The notes beneath the pieces are model-generated. The model did not search any database. It saw only the letters and a program-made list of their open reading frames with translations, and was not told the origin of the DNA. Position numbers and translations under genes: made by a program. This document shows, piece by piece, positions 56,399 to 64,000 of a stretch of 64,000 nt of DNA. Source of the DNA: a virus. The stretch covers positions 105,198 through 169,197 of the IMG/VR virus record IMGVR_UViG_3300027974_000020; one strand, 5' to 3'. Each line of letters begins with the position of its first letter. Positions within the stretch are counted from its first letter, which is position 1.

Positions 56399-57739
56399 AT
56401 GAACAATAGATTATTTATATTTGATTTAGATGGTGTTTTAGTGGATAGTAAAAAAATTCACTACGATGCTCTAAATGAGGCTTTATTTACCGTTGGTGAA
56501 AAATATATCATTTCATTAAATGAACAGAAAGAATTTTTTGAAGGCCTAACAACAAATCAAAAGTTACAAATACTAACGCAAACTCGTGGGCTTCCTGAAT
56601 ATAAATACGATTTAATTTGGAAACAAAAACAATTAAATTCAATAAGTTTTTTTCAAGAATTAAAAACAGATACTGAATTAATAAATATTTTTAAAACTAT
56701 TAAAAATAATAATATTAAAATTTGTGTTGCCAGTAATAGTATAGAGTTAACAGTTAAAACATGTTTAGAATCTCTCGGATTAATGGATTTTATAGACTTT
56801 TATATAAGCAACGAGAGTGGTATTTCCCCTAAGCCAAGTCCAGATATGTACATCAAGTGTATGGAGCATTGCGCAGTAAGCACTAGCGATACGGTAATTT
56901 TTGAAGATAGTTACATCGGAAGATTAGGCGCTTTTAAAAGTGGAGCAAGAGTTGTTTCTATTGAAAATAGGATAGATTTAACTATAGAAAAAATTACAGA
57001 TGAAATAAATAAACAAGTTAAAAAAATTAATGTATTAATACCTATGGCTGGAGAAGGCTCTAGATTTAAGGCTGCGGGATTTGATTTGCCTAAACCACTT
57101 ATTGACGTTAACGGCATTAGCATGATAGAAACAGTGTACAAAAATATAGGCATTAGTGCTCACTATATTTTTATCGCGCAAAAAAAAGACATTGATAAAT
57201 ATGAAATCAAAGAACATTTATCAAAATTCTGCATGGATTTTACCTTAGTCGAACAAGATGGTAAATTAGACGGAGCAACTAAAAGCTGTCTTTTAGCCAA
57301 GAATATCATTGATAATGATAGTCCGCTTGTAATAGCTAATTCAGATCAATATGTTAAATGGAATCCTAATTTTGTTATACATCAATTTATTAATTCTGGA
57401 ATTGATGGATCAATACTTACATTTCATTCAACCGACACAAAATGGTCGTATGCCAAAAACAATGAGCAGGGTGTTGTCTCAGCTGTAGCAGAAAAAAATG
57501 TCATTAGTGATCAAGCTACATGTGGAATTTACTACTGGAAAAAGGGTAGTGATTTTGTTAATTATGCGGAAAAAATGATACAAAAAAACATTAAAACCAA
57601 TAATGAATTTTATGTTTGCCCTACTTATAATGAAGCTATTGAAGACGAAAAAATTATTATTACTCATAAAGTAGAAGAAATGCACGGTCTTGGCACCCCC
57701 GATGATTTAAAAACTTTTTTAGAAAATCATAGTATTTGA
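56399..57739 (+). CDS. HAD phosphatase fused to sugar-phosphate nucleotidyltransferase-like domain
   Basis: FDLDGVL...KPSP...FEDS; IPMAGEGSRF...PKPLI...GLGTPDDL. Confidence 0.88.
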   Translation: MNNRLFIFDLDGVLVDSKKIHYDALNEALFTVGEKYIISLNEQKEFFEGLTTNQKLQILTQTRGLPEYKYDLIWKQKQLNSISFFQELKTDTELINIFKTIKNNNIKICVASNSIELTVKTCLESLGLMDFIDFYISNESGISPKPSPDMYIKCMEHCAVSTSDTVIFEDSYIGRLGAFKSGARVVSIENRIDLTIEKITDEINKQVKKINVLIPMAGEGSRFKAAGFDLPKPLIDVNGISMIETVYKNIGISAHYIFIAQKKDIDKYEIKEHLSKFCMDFTLVEQDGKLDGATKSCLLAKNIIDNDSPLVIANSDQYVKWNPNFVIHQFINSGIDGSILTFHSTDTKWSYAKNNEQGVVSAVAEKNVISDQATCGIYYWKKGSDFVNYAEKMIQKNIKTNNEFYVCPTYNEAIEDEKIIITHKVEEMHGLGTPDDLKTFLENHSI

Positions 57740-59376
57740 CCATGCATCTTATATCTCATAGGGGAAATATTAATGGAAAAATACCAGATAAGGAAAATAG
57801 TCTTCGCTATATAGAGTCGGCTATAAATCTTGGATATGAAGTAGAAATAGATATTTGGTATTTAGTCGATGAGCGTAAATACTATTTGGGCCATGACAAA
57901 CCAGAGTACCATGTTGATCTATGGTTTATAGATAATATAAAAGATAAACTTTGGCTTCATTGTAAAAATAAAGATGCTCTTTCATATCTCAGAGATGATT
58001 TTGATAATATTAATTTTTTTTGGCATCAAGAAGACAGTTACACGATAACCAGCAAGGGATACGTATGGGCTTTCCCTGGTGAAAAATTAGTAAAAAATTC
58101 AATTATTTTATTTCCAGAAAATTATCCAGATGATAGAAACAAGTTAATTTTATCTTCTGGCATTTGTAGCGACTATATCTCTGATTATGAAACTTATAAG
58201 AATATAGAAAAAATTGAACACAATGAAAACGAGATTATTTTAAAATTAAAAAACCCAGTCTATAATTTTTTTAGTCATAAATTTAATATAAATACAAAAT
58301 ATGAAAATGAATTAAAACTAGCGAGCGATGAAGAGTTTGCTGGATTTAGCATGGGCGTGTCCGGGGACCCATCTATTGATCGTTTATTGCCGATAGTAAC
58401 TGAATTAACAAGTATCGAAAAATATTATGAATACTATAATCACATATCTGATGAAGCTTCTATGAAAATAGAAAATGTTTTTATTTATCCATTTACTGTA
58501 AGATATCACCATAATTTAATGGAACTTTTTCCTAAATTAATTAAATTAAAAAACATTGATCCAAATTTTACATTTTTATTAGCTTCTTGGGCACACGAAG
58601 AAGATATAAAAGAATCTAGTAAACATAGGGATAAAAATAATAAAGATTTATATTTTAATTATTTAATTGAATTTTTAAATGTATTAAATATAAAATATAA
58701 ATTTATTTATAAAGAAAATTTTAATGAAATAATTTTTAAAAATAGTTATATATTTTATGAAAAACAAATTTCTGTTAATCAAAACTTAATTAATAATAAT
58801 GATTCACCACATAATTTTCTTGAAAAAAAATGGGATGAAAAACTTTCCATTTATGGCTATTCCCATAGCCAATTATTCTACAATTTTCACCCAAGCAATA
58901 ATCAGTATCGATTAAAATATATAAATGATTATATTAATAATAACTTAAATTTAAAACAAGATAATTATCCTAAAAAAATATTTATATCAAGAAAAAATTT
59001 TTCTGTAAGAAAAAATATTAATATTATAAATATTGACAATACTAAAGAAAAAAACGTAGAAAAAGTTTTTGAAAAAAATGGATACCATGTTATTAACATG
59101 GAAGATTTTAATTTTTTAGAACAATTAAAATTTTCTTACAACGCATTAGTGATAGCCTGTTTTGTTGGTTCATCAATTTTAAACGCATTTTTTTCTCATA
59201 AAGATGTAAAAATTTTTTATTTAAACCCAATAAATGAAGAATACAACAATGAACCTCACTTAAAGCGTTATTATGATTTTATCCTTGGGGATGCCAAAGT
59301 GCAGCACAGTAGTTACGATATAGACATGAATAGTGAAAACTTTATTGAATTAGAAAATATAATAGAAAATTTATAA
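57736..59376 (+). CDS. glycerophosphodiesterase-like domain fused to GT61-like glycosyltransferase
   Basis: ISHRGN...EIDIW...LGHD...HCKN; then YHH...IFISR...MED.NF.EQ...GS. Confidence 0.72.
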   Translation: MTMHLISHRGNINGKIPDKENSLRYIESAINLGYEVEIDIWYLVDERKYYLGHDKPEYHVDLWFIDNIKDKLWLHCKNKDALSYLRDDFDNINFFWHQEDSYTITSKGYVWAFPGEKLVKNSIILFPENYPDDRNKLILSSGICSDYISDYETYKNIEKIEHNENEIILKLKNPVYNFFSHKFNINTKYENELKLASDEEFAGFSMGVSGDPSIDRLLPIVTELTSIEKYYEYYNHISDEASMKIENVFIYPFTVRYHHNLMELFPKLIKLKNIDPNFTFLLASWAHEEDIKESSKHRDKNNKDLYFNYLIEFLNVLNIKYKFIYKENFNEIIFKNSYIFYEKQISVNQNLINNNDSPHNFLEKKWDEKLSIYGYSHSQLFYNFHPSNNQYRLKYINDYINNNLNLKQDNYPKKIFISRKNFSVRKNINIINIDNTKEKNVEKVFEKNGYHVINMEDFNFLEQLKFSYNALVIACFVGSSILNAFFSHKDVKIFYLNPINEEYNNEPHLKRYYDFILGDAKVQHSSYDIDMNSENFIELENIIENL

Positions 59377-59496
59377 AAACCTAGGCCTCAGGTTACTTCT
59401 TTCAAAAACATATATGCTATACTAGAGGAACGAAGTCAGATGCTCTCCACGGGCAGGGTTAGCAATAGCTCTGCCCGTTGAGTTACAGGAGATATT

Positions 59497-59868
59497 GTGG
59501 GATTATACGACTCAATTCACTTAGAATATAAAAACATTCCGATGCCCCTCAATGCCAATGAGGAAGAAATAGAGTTTATTAAGCAGGCGGTTTATACTGA
59601 TTCTTTTCAGACAAAAGATCTCGCCAACTGCCTTGATCATTTTTTAATTGATGAATATGGAAGATTTTTTAGCCTAAATGTTTCTGAATTTGACCAAACA
59701 ATTGACAAAGAAGAATATATACATCAACATATAGAGTGTTATATGGTGGTAAATGTTGATGATGACAAACACTGGTTAAACTACGACATCAAATTTACTG
59801 ATGGAATTGTGTCAGATATAAAAGTTTTGGAATGGAAAAAGATGAAGATGGGCCTTCAAAAGGGATAA
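59497..59868 (+). CDS. conserved phage protein (MGLYD...FQTKDL...KFTDG)
   Basis: AGGAG SD with GTG start; motif pattern. Confidence 0.7.
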   Translation: MGLYDSIHLEYKNIPMPLNANEEEIEFIKQAVYTDSFQTKDLANCLDHFLIDEYGRFFSLNVSEFDQTIDKEEYIHQHIECYMVVNVDDDKHWLNYDIKFTDGIVSDIKVLEWKKMKMGLQKG

Positions 59869-59878
59869 GTAATGATTT

Positions 59879-59954
59879 GCGGTTGTAACTTAACAGTAGA
59901 GTACATGAGTTTCCGATCCATGGTGTGAGGGTGCAATTCCCTTCAACCGCTCCA
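59879..59954 (+). tRNA. tRNA-Gly(TCC), divergent
   Basis: Acceptor GCGGTTG/CAACCGC, U73 and CCA; loop TT-TCC-GA; T-loop TGCAATT. Confidence 0.82.
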
Positions 59955-59962
59955 ACACTGTT

Positions 59963-61117
59963 ATGTTTGAACGACCTAATTTTATTAAAAATTATTATGA
60001 TGATTTAATAATAATAAAATTTAAAAATCCAAATTTTTCTTTATTTAAGATAAAAAATTCCCCAACTTCTCCTGTTCCATTGCCAATAAGCGCAGAAATA
60101 AATCTGAATAAACATATAAATAAAACTGTTTTTGTTACAGCATTTACGCCTAGATATTTTCATCTACTTCTAGAATGTTTTCCATTAATTCTTGAATTAA
60201 AAAATAAAGTTAATTTATCTGATTTAGTTATTGTGTCACCAATGCCTTTGGATGAGGAAACTGGTTTATTCAAACATTTTACAAATAAATATCAATATCC
60301 ATACTATGATATAAATAATCCAGAAGATACAAAAGTTTTTAGCTTTACTTCTTTATATGGTATTAAAAGCAATTTTAGTATAATACCAGATTTTTGTAAA
60401 TATTTTGGGATTAACTTAATCTGCATTCCTGAACACGAATTCAATAACACATCTTTCGATTATGCGTATTTTATCTATGGAGAAAAAAATCAATATGTTG
60501 ATGATGAATTTGTTTTTATAAGTGAAGAAATGTTTAATCGTGGAACTGTACAGGCAGTTGATCCACCACGTGTTTTAGTGCCTATAAAAATTAGAAAAGA
60601 ATATGGAATAATTTGTCCAGAAATTATACAAAAAGAATATATTGACTACCACATGCTTCTTCCTCATAAAACAAGAAAAGATGATTCGTTTAATTCTTTT
60701 AAATTACTTATAGATAGTTATCCAAAATTTAGTATTATACCAGGAAAAAAAATATATGTATCTAGAAAAAATTTTCCAGATAGAAATGTTTATGAAGAAA
60801 AATATGTAGAAGAATATTTTAAAAAATTAAATTATGAAATAGTATATTTTGAAAATTTGAATATATTTGATCAGTCTAGGATTTGTCAGGAATCAGAAAA
60901 GATAGTTTGCTTGTATGGAACAAGTTTATTAAATTGTGGATTTTGTTCAGATAAAACTATTGTAATTTCAATAAAATATAATATGCCAAAAAATGATTAT
61001 ACAATTAACAGCGCCTACAATTCTATCTTTAGGGGAAATTCAATAGAACATATTGAGCTAGATTACAATGGTGATGATCTACTTGGTTTTATCCAAGATC
61101 AAAAAGACTTGTGGTAA
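59963..61117 (+). CDS. GT61-like glycosyltransferase
   Basis: YFHLLLE..P...KIYVSRK...RNV..E...FENL.I.DQ...GTSL.N. Confidence 0.75.
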   Translation: MFERPNFIKNYYDDLIIIKFKNPNFSLFKIKNSPTSPVPLPISAEINLNKHINKTVFVTAFTPRYFHLLLECFPLILELKNKVNLSDLVIVSPMPLDEETGLFKHFTNKYQYPYYDINNPEDTKVFSFTSLYGIKSNFSIIPDFCKYFGINLICIPEHEFNNTSFDYAYFIYGEKNQYVDDEFVFISEEMFNRGTVQAVDPPRVLVPIKIRKEYGIICPEIIQKEYIDYHMLLPHKTRKDDSFNSFKLLIDSYPKFSIIPGKKIYVSRKNFPDRNVYEEKYVEEYFKKLNYEIVYFENLNIFDQSRICQESEKIVCLYGTSLLNCGFCSDKTIVISIKYNMPKNDYTINSAYNSIFRGNSIEHIELDYNGDDLLGFIQDQKDLW

Positions 61118-61131
61118 TAAAAGGAACTACT

Positions 61132-61536
61132 ATGAAAGAAAAGAAAATAAAGAGCCACGAAGAACGCAGAGAAATATATTTGAAGCGTAGAGAATATATG
61201 AAAGCTTATCAAAATAAATGGATGCAAGATCGTCGTACTGAATGGCTTCAGGAAAATGGACCATGTAAACAGTGTGGTTCTTGGGAAAATTTAGAGATTG
61301 ATCACATAGATCCAAATCAAAAAAAATATAATATATCTACTTTATGGAGTAGAAAAAAAGAGTTTAGAGAAAAAGAATTGGCTAAATGCCAAGTTCTTTG
61401 CAAGTCATGCCACTTCATGAAAACAAACCGAGAAGCCAAAGAATTCGGTCACGGCACGCCCGTAAAATATGCTACCTGTAAATGTGTTCTTTGCAATCAG
61501 ATGAAAAAATTTCATCAAAAGAATATTATCAAGTAA
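61132..61536 (+). CDS. HNH endonuclease
   Basis: CKQCG...LEIDHIDP...KCQVLCKSCH..KT; C-terminal HGT...Y..C.C..C. Confidence 0.85.
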   Translation: MKEKKIKSHEERREIYLKRREYMKAYQNKWMQDRRTEWLQENGPCKQCGSWENLEIDHIDPNQKKYNISTLWSRKKEFREKELAKCQVLCKSCHFMKTNREAKEFGHGTPVKYATCKCVLCNQMKKFHQKNIIK

Positions 61537-63190
61537 TTGCCCTTAGAATAGTTGCTGCGGCTGCAGCCTCTCTTAGCAGGCCAGATTTTGCTGCTCCGCC
61601 GGCAACATGGGCCGATGCTTCAGTCGCAGCACCAAGTAACCTACTAGTTGCTCCAGATCTTTGAACAACTTTTTCAACATTATCCTCAATTGTTTCCATT
61701 GCTATTGAGCCAGCTATCTTTGCTTGTGTAGCTGCAGTAGCTCTTTGTATTGGCATTCTTCTTGGAGCACCAGCAATTGTTTTCATTTCTGCGGGAGAAC
61801 CGACTGCTAATCCCTGCATAGGGAGTCTTCCTGAATTAGTTTTTAAAACATCATCTATTGTTCCAGTAAAACCAATCCCCTTTGCTCGGCCATATTCTTC
61901 TAAATGACTTCCAATTTCTTTTGAAACAAATTGCCTATCCCCTTCAATCATGGCATCTAATCCAGGGATTTTTGATGATTCTACGCCAGAATCAATAGCT
62001 TTTTTTGTACTATGCAAATAGGCTTCAAATGGTGTAGCGCTTTTTGGCAATTCGTCCATAGTAACAGGCACGGGTAAACGACTACCTGGGCCGCCAATAA
62101 ACGTCTCGGTCATTGCTGGGTTATGCATTTCAACATTAAATCCTCTGTTATCTTGGACATAATCTATTCCATAACGAGCTGCTTTCATTCTCTCTCCTGA
62201 TTGATGCATCATTGTGCCAATATCAAGCGCTCTTCCATACTTTTGATTCATCCCAGATATTCTTCTTAGCGGATCGGATAAACTTTCTACGCCTATATGC
62301 TGCGGTTGAACAATCATAGCCTCAATATCGTGCATTCCTACACCAAGTGTCATGGTTTCAAATTGACGAAAATTATTAACAGAACCTCTACCTGGTATAA
62401 AATCGTTTGCAGATTTAATGTGCTCCAAACCTGAGCGACTAGCCTGAGCGGATATATGTTCTGCATCGGTGCCAACAAGAACGGATGCTTGAGCGCCTTC
62501 CGATATTTGAGATAATGGAATTGTAGGATTTTTATGACCTAAGTAATCTCCGGAGGTTATTCTAGTTCTATCAGCAACTTCTCGTCTAAGAATTATTTTT
62601 TCACCCTCCAAACGCGTTTCTGTATCATAACCAAAAGCAGAGAATGCCGTTTGTCCCTTCTCGACGGTCGCCCCATAGGCATATCTGTGCATGATGGGGA
62701 TGTTCTCCCCATAAGTAGCTCTAAGTTCATTTGCGCGAACTTCAGATAAACTTCTTGGAATATTTTCTCCACTTGTAGGCCTTAGCCCAGGTATTGGATC
62801 CTTTTGTCCTTGTGTTGCATTGTAGTATGGTAATCCTTGTTCAAGTTCTGCATTAGCACGTATTTCTGCTAAACTAATTTCGTCAACCAAACCCCCAGTG
62901 TGGCCAACGCCCTTAAGGTCATGGGGTGTCAAAACAACTCCAGAAGCTAATATTTTTCCTGATGTACCACGCCTAGCGTGAACTAAAGATCTTTCATCAC
63001 GACTTGCAGCCCATTGCCCTAATGCATTCTTTAGCCCGGGATCTGGGGCTTGAGGGATTAACCTTTTAGCTGCTTCAGATAACTCAGAATAACCTGGGGC
63101 TGAGACTGAAAGAGCTTGTCTGATAGCGGAGGTTCTTCTAGATGAAATCTGAGATGCACTATTATAGAACTGGTCAATTGTTGCTGCCAT
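61529..63190 (-). CDS. hypothetical Ala/Gly-rich protein, 553 aa
   Basis: Long minus-strand ORF with AAGGA SD; the start is probably ATG at 63190. Confidence 0.75.
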   Translation of the reverse strand: MAATIDQFYNSASQISSRRTSAIRQALSVSAPGYSELSEAAKRLIPQAPDPGLKNALGQWAASRDERSLVHARRGTSGKILASGVVLTPHDLKGVGHTGGLVDEISLAEIRANAELEQGLPYYNATQGQKDPIPGLRPTSGENIPRSLSEVRANELRATYGENIPIMHRYAYGATVEKGQTAFSAFGYDTETRLEGEKIILRREVADRTRITSGDYLGHKNPTIPLSQISEGAQASVLVGTDAEHISAQASRSGLEHIKSANDFIPGRGSVNNFRQFETMTLGVGMHDIEAMIVQPQHIGVESLSDPLRRISGMNQKYGRALDIGTMMHQSGERMKAARYGIDYVQDNRGFNVEMHNPAMTETFIGGPGSRLPVPVTMDELPKSATPFEAYLHSTKKAIDSGVESSKIPGLDAMIEGDRQFVSKEIGSHLEEYGRAKGIGFTGTIDDVLKTNSGRLPMQGLAVGSPAEMKTIAGAPRRMPIQRATAATQAKIAGSIAMETIEDNVEKVVQRSGATSRLLGAATEASAHVAGGAAKSGLLREAAAAATILRAIT

Positions 63191-63248
63191 GAGAATCCTT
63201 ACGGGGTTACTACTATATGTTTATAGTAGCACATCTAGGAGGTGTATC

Positions 63249-63464
63249 GTGGCCGGTAAAAAACCAGCAAAAGTTAATTCTGGTGGGAAAATTAAACAAG
63301 AAGATAGACCAGGTAAAGCTACTCTTTACGTAGCTGGATTCAAGGCGGAGAGAAACATATGTCCAAATTGCAAAAAAGAAACACGAAAAGGCATTGTTTA
63401 TGAGCATCAATCATTGTTGTATTGCAGTAGAGGTTGCATAGCAGCTAGTGGAGTGGTACTATAG
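63249..63464 (+). CDS. small zinc-finger protein
   Basis: AGGAGGT SD with GTG start; CPNC...YCSRGC. Confidence 0.7.
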   Translation: MAGKKPAKVNSGGKIKQEDRPGKATLYVAGFKAERNICPNCKKETRKGIVYEHQSLLYCSRGCIAASGVVL

Positions 63465-63468
63465 CACT

Positions 63469-63849
63469 ATGCAAAATTACTGGCTTTCAGATATTGACTA
63501 TCAAAAATCGTTAGTTAAAAATATTAACGAGATGAAAGATGGGCAGATGCAGGGCAAGGTCGCTCCAGCTGAAAGAGAATTCGCTGATTCTTTATTATCA
63601 ATTGCAAAAAAATACGGCAAGCTTTCGGATAATGACGGTAACGGGATTTGGGTTGGTTACGTCCCTGAAGCAGAAAATGACAACTACGAAATTGGAGTAC
63701 GTTGCGAAAATTGCATTCTTCATGAATCAAAGTCAGTTTGTAAAATTATCAAACAAAGAATCCAACCTGGAGGATATTGCAGACTAGCTGCTATACCAGA
63801 CGGAGTTGTAGGATCATCTAAAAATGATGATGATTCAGATGAAGAATAA
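63469..63849 (+). CDS. protein with HiPIP-like Cys motif
   Basis: RCENC...C.I....I.PGGYC. Confidence 0.6.
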   Translation: MQNYWLSDIDYQKSLVKNINEMKDGQMQGKVAPAEREFADSLLSIAKKYGKLSDNDGNGIWVGYVPEAENDNYEIGVRCENCILHESKSVCKIIKQRIQPGGYCRLAAIPDGVVGSSKNDDDSDEE

Positions 63850-63864
63850 GTTTATAAATAAACA

Positions 63865-63897
63865 ATGAAAGTGTGGATTGACCAAGACCTATGTTGA
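63865..63897 (+). pseudogene. truncated ferredoxin N-terminus
   Basis: MKVWIDQDLC followed by TGA; typical start of actinobacterial single-cluster ferredoxins. Confidence 0.6.
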
Positions 63898-64000
63898 GCG
63901 TTCCTGACCACATTGTGAAGCCGCCGTACGCAGAGACTGGCAAGGTCACGCGCTGGCAGGAATCTGCTGTGAAGTCCCCTGAAATTATTGAACGCATGCG
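63891..64000 (+). other. map: fragment of host-like methionine aminopeptidase (type I) N-terminal region, running off the window
   Basis: MLSVPDHIVKPPYAETG...VKSPEIIERM; abruptly GC-richer codon style. Confidence 0.6.

Noticed and set aside
63895-63897. TGA read-through (selenocysteine or alternative code) in the ferredoxin
   Set aside because: The in-frame sequence after the TGA is not ferredoxin-like, and other genes use TGA as a normal stop.

Overview
This window looks like part of a large, AT-rich dsDNA phage genome. Almost all genes are on the + strand and no capsid, tail or terminase genes are recognisable. The likely host is an Actinomycetota bacterium, possibly Acidimicrobiia, based on three WhiB genes, an MKVWIDQDLC ferredoxin start and an actinobacterial-type map fragment; this is an inference. 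Four blocks are visible. (1) About 2.4-14.4 kb: an array of small early-type genes. Each unit is bounded by an intrinsic terminator fused to a fixed-spacing TTTATG(A/C)CTAG-N6-GG hairpin motif (15 copies). The block also has a 4-copy covarying pseudoknot leader and two genes that appear to start at ATC. It ends in an 863-aa single-subunit two-barrel (YonO/RNAi-RdRP-like) RNA polymerase whose catalytic barrel looks circularly permuted. (2) About 14.5-37 kb: a second, paralogous 853-aa polymerase with a shortened DxDD loop, three WhiB genes, an SF2 helicase, a lytic transglycosylase, a subtilase, six tRNAs and a tRNA-Ile(UAU)-like RNA with a displaced D-loop. (3) About 38-54 kb: a ubiquitin-like conjugation and proteolysis set (E2, JAB, E1, Ubl ending GEKG, AAA+ ATPase, two further E2-like genes, a proteasome-beta/HslV-like Thr protease and an M50 protease), plus SSB and UDG. 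(4) About 55-64 kb: 2OG-Fe(II) oxygenase and sugar-modification genes, tRNA-Gly, an HNH gene, and a probable chimeric junction into a host map gene at about 63,890. All functional calls come from reading motifs by eye; no searches were run.
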